Assembly: GCF_006345805.1 (NCBI RefSeq)
Contig: NC_043015.1
Location: 36,456,001 to 36,520,000 of the forward strand
Direction: 5' to 3'
DNA from: Octopus sinensis
Taxonomy: Eukaryota
DNA length: 64,000 nucleotides
In this document: positions 42,051 to 56,676 of the stretch, one piece after another
How positions within the stretch are numbered: the stretch's first letter is position 1
How the letters are laid out: each line of letters starts with the position of its first letter
Notes under the pieces: model-generated
Databases searched by the model: none
What the model was told of the DNA's origin: nothing
The model's input: only the letters and a program-made list of their open reading frames with translations
Program-made: the position numbers and the translations under genes

Positions 42051-42302
42051 TGTGTATATATATACATACATATATATTCTTTATAGCAGTGCACATGTCC
42101 TAAACATTTTCTACCTATTTTGATGTTCTTCTGACACTTCCACTTGTTAATTTTTTACTTTTATTGCTTTCAATTTAATAAAAATAATTATAGAATATAT
42201 ATTTGAGACAGACGCAATTTTCTCTGTCGTTTAAATGTGTATTTTCCTAGTTACTATTATGTAATATTCCTTCTTTAGTACACACACAACCACACACACA
42301 TA

Positions 42303-42338
<36 letters not shown>

Positions 42339-42369
42339 TATATATATGTATGTATGAATATGTATATGT

Positions 42370-42402
<33 letters not shown>

Positions 42403-43524
42403 GCATATAGCATATACATACGTATATTTTCTTTTCTTTTATTTTTATTTCTTGTCTGAGAACGATTGTTTCAATTGAATTTGGTGAATCTTGAATCTAT
42501 CTTGTATGGTTTTGTGTAATATCTATTTTCTCTGTCTTTCCTCGGATTTTTCTCTCACATTATTCATCTTGCTATTCCTCTCATTTCTTTCTCTTTTTCT
42601 TGTGCTCAACCGCATAACACCTCACAGAACAACATTCAATGTTTACTCTCTGTGACATCCATTTAATTTGAAGAATTCAACAATAAAATACAAACGAACA
42701 TTTGCAACAATTTTAAATAATGTCACTGCGAGACTATTATGCTATTTCCTCACTCTCTTTTTCATTTCCTCTTTCCCTCTACGTCTGCACTATTTTCTAT
42801 CGTTTATTTTCTCTTTTTTTTCTCTTTGTTTCTAATTTTCTTCCTTTCTTCTCGATAAAATTCTTGCTTTTCTCTGCATTTTCTTTATTTATCTAATTAC
42901 TTCCGTTGGAATGTGAGTTGGTGTCGGCATATAATCTTGAAATTAACTTGGGAAAAGCATCGACAGAACAACTACGGTATCTGCCCCTTTTTCTACATTA
43001 TAGATCTCAATACAAATATATATATAAACTTAACCCTTCCTCATGGCTGTCATTAAACCGCTTGCTCACCATTTTATATGTTTATAATCTCATTATATAT
43101 ACTACATCAGCATTGCAAACAACATTTCACCATAACATCAAGTGACCAATTCGTTATGGCGTCAGATTTGGTTGTTTCGTGCGAAACAATCTGTCTGTCA
43201 GCGCTTGGAGTTCAATTCAAATCGAGTTGTGTTTTGAATTTTCATCCTTTTGATGTCGATATTGGACTTGTTTCTTCTATTATGTTACCGGATTCCTCTT
43301 TTCTTTCTTCTTGATTCTCATCAGACCTGGAAAGAGTTTCTGGTTCTCGTCAAACCGCGTAAGAGCAGGACAGTCTCAAGTCTAAAATTCTACATGATAT
43401 GCTGTAGTAATGACGACGACTTTGTCAATGGATGGGATTAGGGTCTCAAGAGAAGGCATGTTACCATGATACATCGCACAGTGGTCTGTGAAATATCAAA
43501 TATCTCTCCTACTACAAATATGAC

Positions 43525-43970
43525 ACTGATTTCGAAACTTTGACAGAAGGCCACAAATATCGGGCGAGGAGGTAAGTCGATTACATCGACGCCAATGCAT
43601 AACTGTTACTTATTTTTTCGACCCCAAAAGAACAAGAAGCGAAATCAACCCCAGCCGCATTCTGACGGAGAGGTCGGATCAGAAGAATTACCACAAACCA
43701 TTTTCTTCGGCACAATAACGACTTTGCCAATTCACCGCTTTACTGCAAACGTAATTCAAATTTAGGCACAAGACCATCAAGATCGTTGGGAGGGGTTATA
43801 TTGATTACATCCGAAACTCTCAACCCCACCCCACTGCTCGAAGGGACCTGACAGGATGCAAAAACGAAAGTAGACTTTGTCTAAATATGAATTGAGAATG
43901 TAAAGAGAAACGAAAGGCCTCGAAGGATTTTGTCCGGCGTGTTAACAATTCTGCCACCTTGTCGCCTTTT
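43525..43970 (-). mobile_element. Two adjacent degraded SINE family A copies
   Basis: aagtcgattacatcgac..tacttatttt.tcgacccc.aaag and attttgtccggcgtgttaacaattctgcca..tcgcc are reverse complements of family A segments. Confidence 0.65.
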
Positions 43971-44389
43971 GAGTGGCGTGGAATAACGCGAAATGGAAGA
44001 ATTTGCTGAAGAACACGACACGGTGTTCAGTCCATGATTCGAAACCGCATCATACGACCATCAGTGCAACATCTGAACCACTAACACACGCCCTTCCAAC
44101 CTTTGCTTAATTAATGCAAAGACAATTTAATTTGTACTTCCTTGTAAAGATACTACTTCCTACGTAAAGGTAGTGAAGATTTTTGAATATTGTAAAACCA
44201 TTTGCTTTTATTAAATATAAGAATTGCGCATGATCCTTACAATCAGCTGATGCTTCTCTAATTATTTCATGAATTAATCGATGAATCAGACCCAATTGTT
44301 TATGAGAGCCCTTTTCGCCGTCATCGGTAATGTCATCTAAGACTTATGCTCCTCAGCCGAGATCTGTCACGTTGTCTCCAGGACACCCA

Positions 44390-44740
44390 TGTTTTGTCTT
44401 GGAATAAAAGATGGGTTAGAACAAATATTCTGCTCAGTACACGAGATTTGCTTGTCAGTTGATTGACCTTAACCAGTCGCTGGCAATATGTTCATCGCCG
44501 ATTAAAAGCAGAAGTAGTGGGGGAGCATCATAACAATGTGCTGAGAGGAATCCTTTATGATTTGAATATTTCATCCGTGGAAACATGGGTGTTTCATTCA
44601 ACATCCTTAAGCAACACTTATTTCGCTTTTTAGTGGGATGGGCTAATCGGCATGAATAAAATTCTAACTGGGGCCCATCTGCAAGGTTAAGCACTGTTTT
44701 TATCTTCACGCGAGATCAGCATAGCACGCACATATGGTTT
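44390..44740 (+). mobile_element. Diverged internal copy of the 554-bp element
   Basis: Collinear with about 49388-49757 (gcagaagtagtgggggagcatcata, ggaaacatgggtgtttc, aaaattctaactggg). Confidence 0.85.
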
Positions 44741-45299
44741 ACATAGATAGATTGATGGATAAGAGAAAGGTTGATAGGAACACACGCACATATACACATA
44801 CGCACACACATGAAATGATGGGGTGAAAAATCTGGTTTTAAAACATTGCTTATGTTTTCATCGTTGTCTTCAACATGTTTTTCTGGATTCTTGTAGTTTA
44901 CTTCATATTCAGAATGAATTTAGAAAAATTTTAGAAAAACCGTGAACATTATTTTCCATTTGCAATGATAGAAATGCTTTTTTTTTGCTAATTAGAAGTT
45001 TTTATCAGTCTTATACATTGTGCAATTTTAAGCCTGCGTGTTTGAGTTGTCTGTCTCTATGTATGTATGTATGTATGTATGTATGTATGTATGTATGAAT
45101 GTATTTGTATGTACGTATTTACGTATATGTATGTTTGAATGAACATATCCATACATATGTATGCGTGTAGGCATGTAGGATGTGCTATTAAAAAGTTCCT
45201 GGACCAGTTCTGTAGCGCGCCAACAGGTGGCAGCTTCACAGTGGCGTGCACAGTGAGAGCTTTATCAGAGTAAGCAAATTCTTCTATACACACAAGTTC

Positions 45300-45720
45300 T
45301 CTGCTCAAAAGTCATGAGGGCAGAATCCTCTGGTACGTCCTCCAAAAGGTCATGTCAGAAGCAACCTCCATTAGACTTTACGATTAGATTTCCAAGCTGA
45401 GACCAGCTTGACTACAGATTTTATCCAGCTGAGACTACAGGTATTATCTAATCATTTCTTTCTTATATCTACCCACAACGACTCCTACCGGTTGAGGTGT
45501 CTTGATGTATCCGTCTTGCGATACTTCCCTGTGTCCCTCTAATCACATGTCCGTTGTGACCTGTCAAAGCTGAGATGTAACATCTCAACCTCGATATTCT
45601 CACTGATTTTCAAGGTGTGCTCCCTCTCGAATAACCTTATTCCAGAGACCCTTCCTAGGGATCCCTTTCCAGCTGCTTGTATTCGCGATCGGTCTCTTTC
45701 GGCCATTACAGAACATTCTA
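45300..45720 (-). mobile_element. RTE-like LINE 3' fragment
   Basis: Minus strand gives QGSIARRIHQ..GRS....K*LDN..SLSW..WSQLG...LMEVASDMTFWR...ILPS, resembling the RTE C-terminus (GRP...W.D....LG....E.A.DR..WR). Confidence 0.55.
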
Positions 45721-47202
45721 ATAATTATTTGTGTGACGAACCTTGATCGTTTGATCCGAAAGAATGCAATCACCTACTCGACATCAGTTCTGGCTTATTA
45801 AATTCAGCACTAATTTATCTAATTCATCAACCGATTTTGAAGACTGTCGAAACAATGCTAAAGTAAATTTGGCTGCCATTGCTAAACGATCGAGTGTATA
45901 GGGACTCTTTCCTGGGATTGTTGCCAGAGGATTTTAATTTGACAGCAAAGAAGACTTGTACAACATCTTGATACTGGGCACGACGCCATTTTGATATCGC
46001 ACATTTGTTTTTATTGTTATTTTCAATTATTCCAATACCAAGAAATTTTAACACGTTGCTTCTCTTTGGCAAATTGATGTATGTATTTCTTTTCCTTTAT
46101 CACTCCTTTTTTTTTTATTTCGCAGGTCTTTGGAAAAACGTTTCCATTAAACATCGTGTAACGTTAGATGTAGAAAATATAATATATATTAATTTAATTA
46201 ATTATCTTGAAGTCCACTTGAAGTAATCAGAATTTTTTTCAAGTTGTTTAATTGCTAATTCAGTGATCGGTGAGGAAGCCATCATGATAGTTGCAATGGC
46301 GGAACACGGAGTAAACAAATAATATTTTCTCATACAATTTCGCCTTTAGCTATTGATAACAATATCAGCCAGATTATTTCAAATATTAATTTTGATTAAA
46401 TAAAATATATAAAAGTAATGTCAGGTTTCTCAATATCACGTGGAATCAACGTGGATTATTTTTTAAAAAATGAATTTCGTGTATTTCAGAAATTACGTAG
46501 AGGAGATCCATTTTGTTTCATATATTTTTGTTCTGGTTTAAGCTCACATGCTCTCTATCTCTCTCGTTCAATTATGAACCCCACCACATCTATAATGTTG
46601 ACGTTGCTTTCGTCCTTGAAGCTGTTGTTGAAGTTAATATTGTTTTCATCATCAGAAAACGATAAGTTTGCAAGATCGATACAGAATGAGGAGGTATTTG
46701 CCGCGTTGTTTATTATTGGTGTTTATATCCTGAACTTCAATCCTACCAATATCGACCTTACATTTTATCCTTTCGGGGTCAATTAAATACTTTACCAATC
46801 AAGTACTGAAATAGATGCTGGTTTTGTGCCTCAAACAGAAACTATTTTCTGCAAAAAACTAGAAGTAACTTCAGAACGGCAGGCAAAACCTTTATCCTAT
46901 TTGTTCTAACCCTTTCGTTTCTCTGTTCAAAAACCAACGGTGTCATTGAGATTGAGTGCCATTCAGGTACGACGGTCGATTTAATTGACTTCCTCCTCCC
47001 CGAGAAAATTCTGCCCCTGGACTAAAATTTAAAAGAATATATTATTAGTATGGTTTTTATGGTTGTTAGTTTTCTTGCCGTTGTTGTTGTTGTGATTGTC
47101 TATTCTTGCTGTTGTTCAGTTCACTTATTTTAAATTCTCGTTTTCAATGCATTGCGTGGCGCAGATGAGCTTTGACTACACGAAATGTTTAGTTTTCGTG
47201 TC

Positions 47203-47315
47203 AAACGTGGCTGTTTGGCTAGGCTTTTGCTTCCCAACACCATGGTTCCTGATTCCCTGTCTTGTACAAACTTGTCAGTCGATTTGGTAGACGGAAACTG
47301 GAACACGACCGTCGT
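47203..47315 (+). mobile_element. SINE family B fragment
   Basis: cgtggctgtttgg..ttgcttcccaac.ccatggttcc...gatttggtagacggaaactg. Confidence 0.7.
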
Positions 47316-47340
47316 TTGTGTGTGTATGTCTATCTACCTA

Positions 47341-47410
<70 letters not shown>

Positions 47411-47513
47411 CACATAGATAGATACATAGATAGATAGATGATAGATAGATACATCTATCCCTTAGATGAGTATATTACCTCTAACTTATATTTTACACAA
47501 TCTATATATACAT

Positions 47514-47574
<61 letters not shown>

Positions 47575-48666
47575 GCTAATATATTTGTTTTGCAAGATTC
47601 TTCATGTGAAATCATCTGTTGAAACAGATATTGTTGTTTTTAGGGATGGTCATGTTGCCAGTTTAACCAATAAAAACACACGCACTATTGTTTATTGTTT
47701 GTGTTGTTTGTTCCTCTTTTTAGCATCCCATTCTGGTTACCTGTATATCCAGATCTCTATATGTCAGTAATAAAAGATGATAATGTACGTTACAATATCC
47801 CTTATATTGGATTTATATAATATATATGTGACATACATTCATTCTTATTATCTCAAAACCTACGAACTGAGAAACTCTGATGTGCTTTTATCAAACTTAG
47901 ATATTTGGTTAAATTTAAATTACGTTCAATTAAATGGTCTATGTTTCCTAGAAGGGTCTACATTCTTAGAAATTGGGACGATGCTGGTTAAAAAATCGGA
48001 AAATTATAGCAAAGTATGTGTTGTAATTCAGAACAAATCCATTGCCTTTTCTCTACCACAAAAGAAAAAAATACAATTTTTAGAAAATAGTTTTGCAACA
48101 ATAGGTTAATACGTCTGGTATTTTGGCTATCATCCTCTCAAGTTTCCAATAAAAAAAACATTCCAGTGACCGCAGTATTATGATTTTCCGCCAAACATAG
48201 ATTGAATATCTCTATATATGTGTGCATCACACAATTTAAGTCATTCAGTTGCCAACGACCGGTTCTGAGCTAAATACTATGGACGGCCTATGTCGATTAG
48301 GGAACATTTCAACACCACCTGAGCCATTTTCCTGTTCAGTTTACCGACAACCTCACTCCATGAACCGAGAGAAGTGGTCCCGAACTTGCTTTCTTTCCTG
48401 TAGACCTCTTTTGTTCCTATTTTAGTCAGATGAACCCCCAATAACAATTCCATGTTTATAAAATTTTGTTCTAGTTTTATATAGAAAAAAATTGGTAAAA
48501 TATTTTATTCACTGTAAATGTATAACCAAGAATCTTAGATGGACTCGAAAGGGTCATTTGCACAACCCGTTTAAAATCAATGGCCGAGAGTATTATTGAT
48601 GTTGCTGCTGTTCTGAAAATAATTCTGAAGACCCAGTGTATTGAGTACTGTTTACTTTTTTTTATT

Positions 48667-48667
48667 T

Positions 48668-48754
<87 letters not shown>

Positions 48755-48894
48755 CAACAACAATAATAATAATAATAATAATAATATGAAGAAGAAGAAG
48801 AAGAAGAAAAAGAAGAAGAAGAAGAAGAAGAAGAAGAAGAAGAAGAAGAAGAAGAAGAAGAGAAGAAGAAGAAGAAGAAGAAGAAGAAGAAGAA

Positions 48895-48926
<32 letters not shown>

Positions 48927-48945
48927 AGAAGAAGACGAAGAAGAA
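48667..48945. repeat. Compound (TAC)n-(AAT)n-(GAA)n microsatellite
   Basis: Direct reading; about 50 GAA units at 48788-48944. Confidence 0.95.
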
Positions 48946-48948
48946 CGT

Positions 48949-49195
48949 GGTGTCAGAAACATCTAGTTAATATCCCAGGAGATCCATGTCTCAGAGAAAT
49001 CCAAAAATTGTAGTGACAAGTCCCGCACATATCCTTAGAAAGCCGTATCAGTTTATATGTATGTGATGTATTACATGAAGATATATCGCTACTGACCCTG
49101 CCACTTTCAGTCATATTGAACATCTATTATCCTTTACTCGCTCTAGGACGTTTGGTGTGTCTCGGCAAATGATTGTCAAACAACATGCAGTTGAA

Positions 49196-49287
<92 letters not shown>

Positions 49288-49315
49288 CAACAACAACAAT
49301 AATAATAATAATAAT
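48949..49315 (+). mobile_element. Extreme 3' end of R4/Dong-like LINE with (AAT)n tail
   Basis: CQKHLVNIPGDPCLREIQK, then (frameshift) IVVTSPAHILRK; 3' UTR to about 49195, then (AAT)n. Confidence 0.75.
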
Positions 49316-49869
49316 GCCCTGATGCAGTACCAGGCAGTGGCTCTCATGCCTTCTGATCTTAACTGATTGGAAGTGTTATCATGTACATTGTTTTGTCTTG
49401 GTATAAAAGATGGGCTACAGCAAATATTCTGCTCAATACCACAGATTTGCTTGTTAGTTGTTTGACCTTAACCAGTTGAGCATGTCCCTTAGTGGCTGAC
49501 GATATGTGCATCTCTGATCACGAGCAGAAGTAGTGGGGGAGCATCATAGCCATGTGTTGAGAAGGATTCTTTGGGGTTTGAATAATTCACCTCTGGAAAC
49601 ATGGGTGTTTCGTTCAACGTCCTTAAATAACCCTTATTCAAGGACCTTTTGAGCGGGATGGGTTACTCGATCTGAAGAAAATTCTAACTGGGCTCCACCT
49701 GCAAGGTCATGTGCTGTTTATCTTGATATGAGATCACCATGTCGCGCACATATAGTTGTGATGCATGTGCCTGGTGTACCCTTATCAGACGGGTAGTCAT
49801 GATGGGTATACTGGGCTTCGTATATTTTACCCCAGTGTCACTTTGATGGCATGCTCTGCTCGCTCACTC
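49316..49869 (+). mobile_element. 554-bp non-coding interspersed element inserted in (AAT)n
   Basis: Sharp ends GCCCTGATGCAG...CTCACTC with (AAT)n on both sides; two other copies in the window. Confidence 0.9.
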
Positions 49870-49932
<63 letters not shown>

Positions 49933-52367
49933 TGGCTGTGGACAGCAGACACTCACTTTCCATCACAGCCAGCAAAATAAAACAGGAATATATATTAATA
50001 TATATATTAATATACAGCGTAATGTAATATTAATCAAAAGTCCAAAGACTCGCACGTGAAAGAAACACATAGAAGACACACATACGAAGACACAACAACA
50101 AAGTAGTATAAAACAGAATTCACACTCTAAAGACACCATTAAGATTGTACTGTTTGTTATAGGTGTGGGAGTCGAAAGTTTTGACTGCGATTGAGTCATG
50201 TCATGTCGTAGCAACATTGGTGAATATGAGTGACGAAAACCAGTGCATCATTTCCCGACAAATACATCCAAGAAAACGTTACTTAAAAGCAGACTTGGCT
50301 CTTTTCTTGAACATTATTTGCATTTTTATGTACATTTGTAAGATAAGTGAGGGGCGGCGTGTGCTTTCGTCATTTCTTTTCTGTGGTGTGTCACAATATT
50401 AGAAATAGCATAAAATTTAAATCAACAGTAAAATTTATAAACATAACATTTTTTTCCTGCTCAATTCAATTTGTTTCATATCATAGGCCGTTTCTGGAGG
50501 TAAGAATGTTAAAAATAGACACTAATTAGACCCGGGGTGATAACTATTTTAAAGAAACATAATTTTCGAATCTATTTGTACAAAAGTATGACTCTAAAGT
50601 CATTAAATTAAAAGAAGTATGGCAGATTGTATCTGTTTAAACGATTCCAAGACGGTAACATAACATTCTTGATAGTTATGTTGAACAGTATTTCTTCGAT
50701 AAACTAAAACATATTTAAAAATATGCAAATACAATTATCTATAAAAGCAGAGTCTTAAACTTAATTCTATTAAACGTATTAAACGTAAAAATCTAATCAG
50801 AGAATATGATCAGATATTACGATAACGTTTAAAATAATTTCGATTGAAAGAGCTGAATAAGTTGAGGTCAACTTAGTACGATAGTTAAAAATATCGATGG
50901 AAATACAGTAAATGTATTGTTGAAGAGATAGTAGTTCTGGTTGAGGTTGATGATATTTTCTGATTAGAAACTGATTAAAAAAAAATACTTACAGATGCCA
51001 GTTAATTGAATTTATTTTTTCAGTTTTTCCTATTATACTTTAACCATCTTACTCTCTCATAACATCTCGAATAACCTGAACTAGAAAAGCAGGAGAAGCT
51101 GCATCATCATCATCAGCAAGAACGACAACATGGTTTTACCTTAAGATGCTCTTAACAAGCTCAAAACTTTTATTCCATTAAACTAAATGGATAAAATATG
51201 AGTAATTTTTTGAAGTAGTAAATCCTGGATTAAAAATTATGATTAAATTCAATAAATTATGCAACTCCTAACAGTATCAAATTAATTTTACGGTATATGT
51301 GTGTGTGTGTGTATGTGTGTGTGTGTGTGTGTGTCTATGTGTGTGTGCTTGGGTAGACAACCTTTCTCACATATATACACATATACGTACACACACACAC
51401 TTGCGTACATGTACCTGAGACCAGTCTCGTTTGGTCCTGTGCGTTTTAATCTCCCATTCTTTTTCTATTTGTGGCGGGGTGGCATATTCTTGATAAAAGC
51501 CTTCAACCGAAGCATCGTTTCACTGTCTGGTTCTTTCTTTGGGTATTAGTATTCGGGGTAGACAATTTTGTTTGTTGGGGGTTTTTTTTTGCTCTATATT
51601 TATGCATTTTTTAATGTGGAACATTCCCTTGTCTTATACCACGTAAGATTTTCCAGTTATGTCGTTTTTGTTGCCTCATATATTATTCCTGTAATTCATG
51701 TAATTTATGTTCATCGCTTAATTATCGAATTAATTATTCTCATATGATATTTAGTCATCTTTAAGAAATAAATAACGCACGGCAAATTTATCATACGACT
51801 AAGGCTTGATGTACAACAAACTTTAAACTCCCATCGATACGTAATTCCTTTTATACAATTACAGAACTATGAAGTCCGGGTATAATGAGATACAGGAAGT
51901 GTGACATATAATGGAGATGGCCAGAGAGTTAATGATATTTCGAAAACGTCGATGCGTATGTTTCGATAATCTGTTGTACAAGATCTACATCGATTAGAAC
52001 ACTCACATACACAAAGACATATGCACACACAAACACTTTACTACGTGACACCGATCTACACGTATCCTTGACTTTTTCCAATATATTACATGTTACTTAC
52101 CTTTTGCTTGAAACAAAATAAAATTCTCAAATCAGTCACTCAGAGTTCTAGGTTATCGTGGTCTCATCTACAAGATGATGTGAATTTGTCGTTTGATACT
52201 GCCTCTTTCTAGTAGAAGAAATATGCTTTCTCTATATAACTCACCCTTGTATGTATATACATTTGTGTGAGTGTGTGTATGTGTGCGCTCGCATGCGTAT
52301 GTATGTGTATATACGAGTACCCCACCTATATATTTATATATATGTATATATACAAACACACGCACAC

Positions 52368-52434
<67 letters not shown>

Positions 52435-52792
52435 GTACGTATGTATTTATGTACAAGGAGTACTGAAGATTTGCATACTTTAAGTGTATCGTAAAAGGCC
52501 TGGCTGGACGCCCAAACTTCCGAGTTCTTAGTAAAGCTGAAAGACAGCAGCAATAAGTGTGTAAATCTGAGACAGGAATACATTGGATAAAAATCATAAT
52601 TACCTGATCATCCTCTATCTTCGTTTACCGAAAGCCAGGAACTTTTCATCAACCCCACGTTTATATATATATGTTATTATTATTATTGTTTTGTATTATT
52701 TTTCTATTCATATTCGTGTAACATTGTCCGTTTTCCAGTCCTTGTTTCGTATACATTCGAAGCTTTTTTCCACTAAATCTAATGCTTTTAGC

Positions 52793-52960
52793 TTAATTTT
52801 TCCTTGGGGCTGGCCAGATTGGAGCAATCTCAAGATTAATCAGCCGAAATTGCGAAGATGATCCGGTTCTTGCCTGAAGATTAAAGGCTTCGAATGACCC
52901 GTCTTTGTTTTTTGCATCTTCTATTTGGATGTTTTTCCTTCTTGTCACATTTTGTATTTA
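52793..52960 (+). repeat. (TA)n-adjacent repeat end related to the minus strand of 36176-36370
   Basis: Collinear CAATCTCAAG..GC.GAAA.TG...CTTG.CT.A..A..AAAG...CGAATG..CCG.C..GTTTT, followed by a pyrimidine-rich tail and (TA)n. Confidence 0.65.
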
Positions 52961-53178
52961 TATATATATATATATATATAAAATTATGTTACTTTGGTCA
53001 CTTGTATATTCAGATACTGAATATTCTCTGATAATAAAGTTCAAATAATCTCTTCTTTACTCTTTTAATGCTTGCAGAACTCTGTATCATTGCTCACCAT
53101 TTATTCCTCTAAATTTTGTTACCTCGATCCATTAAGAAACTTGCTTTTACCTTACATTTAGTAGAAGTGTGTTTAATT

Positions 53179-53224
<46 letters not shown>

Positions 53225-53227
53225 CAT

Positions 53228-53271
<44 letters not shown>

Positions 53272-54502
53272 GTATGTATGTATATTAATTAAGCCAATAA
53301 TGTTCCTGTGATGAACTCTCTTATATATATATTTACCTAGAATACGAGTCTCTATTCTTCTTCTTTCTTATCAGTATTTGGTGATATTTTCTATTCTCCT
53401 CAGGTGTGAAATTTATACTGCTTCTCTCCTTTCACTACATAATTAATTTAATTAACTTAAATCAAATTACAACATTACGATACACAGCACTCGTATACAG
53501 AATTATATTTAGAGCCATTGTAGTTCTTCCATCCATACAAAAATCATTTGACACAAAACTGGAAAATTCTCGACTAAATACTTTAGCACTTCACAAATTT
53601 CTGCTCGTTTATGGAACTGGATGTAAAGTTTCCCGGAGTTGGTGGTGCTAGTCGGATACACCGATCCCAGTGTTTTGACAACTCCTCTTTCCAGCGACTT
53701 CGAAACGGAAGAAGATGACATCGATGGCACTCGAATTCAGAACGGAAATACGGCCAAGTATTTTATACAGCGCACTAACGATTCTGCTTGCTCACCGCCT
53801 CTATTTATGTAGCAATAATTCTATGGAAGTGAATCTGTATGGCAAGACCGTGATTTCGATTTCCATACTGGACGGTGTGTTGTGTTCTTGAACATAACAA
53901 ATCCTCGTTCCTTCAATCCACTTTGTACTAAATAAGTAACCTTCCAACTGGTGTCCCATTCAATGGGGTCCCGTTAAGTTGTGACACCACCTGTGTCACT
54001 ACGCCATATATAGCGGTGTGCGGTGGCTATATAAGCAATGTGTTCAGAGGAAAGAATGGGTTAGACGGGTGCTGATGTAGGGGCAACAGCCCCCCGAAAT
54101 ATGGTATACACACTCATTACACATTTTTCTCTTCGATCTCATTGTTTGTTTACGTCTGACTTATCGATGCGAAACGTTGCGGCAAAAATCAATGCTGGTT
54201 ACAATTTCTAAAGAATACCTATACGAGCCATTGTAAGTGTTGTCTCCAGTCCTAAAATTCGCAGGAATTGTTACCTCGTTTGAACGGCGTAATGGCACAG
54301 GTTAACCCTTGTAAAATAATATCAAATTCCTGTCCTCTAAGGCGGATAATAACTTCACTGTTTCCTCTGCTCTTCTTATTATTTTTCTGCGTTTTGCATT
54401 CACAAAATCAAATTCAAACTTCAATGCTCCACTTCAAGTTTTCAAATCCATTTTACATCCGCTGAATGTATTATATATTCGTCTTTTCTTTCCAACTTTC
54501 CC

Positions 54503-54539
<37 letters not shown>

Positions 54540-55350
54540 TTCCCTCTCACCCTTTTATTCTTCGTCCTTCTAACTCTCTATCTGCCTTTCTCTCTCTCCT
54601 TCCTTCTCTCTCTCTCATCTTTTAATTCATCATCTTTCTAACTCTCTATTCGCATTTGTCGCATCATCTCTCTCTCTCTAAATTTCTCTTTCAGTGCCTT
54701 TGTCTCTCTCTAACACTCGGTCTGTCTTACCTTTCCTCCAACTCTTTCTCTCTTTGTCTGTCTGTCTATATGCATGTGCATGTGCGTGTGTGAGTGTGCG
54801 TGAGTTTCCTTCTGGCTTTAAGCATTGTTTCTAGATTGAGGGAGATGATTTCTCACAAAGAATTACGAATTCTATCGATAGAATTAAAAATAACAGCTAT
54901 TAAAATTATTGGTAGAGAAATTGAAGAAATTCTTGCATATGTTTACTGTTCCGCTTATAAACTCTATCTATAAACTTCATAATGGGTCACTTTATTTTCT
55001 TGAAAATTGTAGTTTCTTCGTACTGTAAGTTCGACACTTAGCAACCCAAAAGAATGCACAAATAACTGTTGTTATGAATGGAAGTTTCTGACCGGAGCAG
55101 AGGCGGTACATATTTTTGATTCTCTTTATCGCTTATTTTGGAACACCTGTACACATCTGCTAAGTAACTAACCTGAAAGACTTTACCGAACTTCTTTGAT
55201 CAGTCCCGAATAACTATATCCTCTTGAAATTTGTAGAAATGGAAGGAATGTTCCAACAATATTGCTTTTTGCTATGTGCAGGAGTGTTCCTCATATTCGT
55301 CCCAGGGTACTGTAGGTATGAATGCGAGTACTCGTGAATGCAAGTAAGTA

Positions 55351-55420
<70 letters not shown>

Positions 55421-55731
55421 AATTTCTGTTACGTTTTTGGTCCCCTAAAGAAAACGGATAGAACATGCTTTCTGTGTTATGTCCCAAGAAGAATTTATAT
55501 ATTTTTATATATTTTTTATGTATTTTTATATAATTTTTATGACGAAAAGTGCGAGCGATGTATAAGTACGCAGGCAAAGCAGAGTTATAACAGAGTAATT
55601 TCCCTTCATTTTTAACGGCATTTTTTCATAACGTTTTCAAATAGCCAGATAACCGATGAAATGGTGTTGTGGATTTCCACTTCGGCATCTGAAACTCAGA
55701 GTTTTATCTTGACTACCGAGTAATGTAACAT

Positions 55732-55800
<69 letters not shown>

Positions 55801-56606
55801 ATGTATGAATGAATGAATGTATGTATGTATGTATATATGTATGTATGTACGAATGTAAGTATTTGTGTATGCATATGTTCGTGATTGCGCGAAAGAGATA
55901 GAGTTTAAAAAGATGAAACCAGTCATCTAAATCCCATTTAATATCCATTTGCTTTTGTTTACACGGCTTGTTTGCTAGATATTCACATGTTTACCTTATG
56001 CTTTAATAACTGCTCTCTACTTCAGGTAACGCAGGATAAGATAATGTAAATGCTTGTTATGCATAATACATGATGAAGCTGATAATATATTTGCCGTAGC
56101 TTCGCCGTAAATCATATTTATCTGTGAATAGAATAAGTAAATATTTACTGTTCTATAATTTCTTCTTCATGAAAAACCCGAAGAAAAAAAATTAACATGC
56201 AAGGCATATTTACAGCTTTGAAATCTCTTTGGCAACACAATTGCTTCGAAAGTTCCTGTTAGAGTGTGAAGGGTTTAAATAAGTAATAAATTTGCTGCAA
56301 AAAATACAAAACAGAAACGAAACGACGAGAAAAGATTTAAATAAAAAACACGCGAAAATATTTCCAAAGGAGAAAATCAAAAATCTGAAACGAAATCAGA
56401 AAATGGAAAACCATGAGGGCAGCAATAGATTAACTCAACTTTACTGTTTCTGATTTATTTAGCAAAAAAAAAAAAAAATTATAACAGAGTAACATAGAAA
56501 AAGGCTTCTGTGTGTACATGCATACATACACACATACGACCATACGACCATTCATACATGCATGAATACGAACAAGCATAAATATATATCTATACATACA
56601 CACACG

Positions 56607-56676
<70 letters not shown>

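Noticed and set aside
45175-45280. Isolated mariner-like TIR (..GCTATTAAAAAGTTCCTGG)
   Set aside because: No partner TIR or transposase sequence nearby, so it cannot be delimited.
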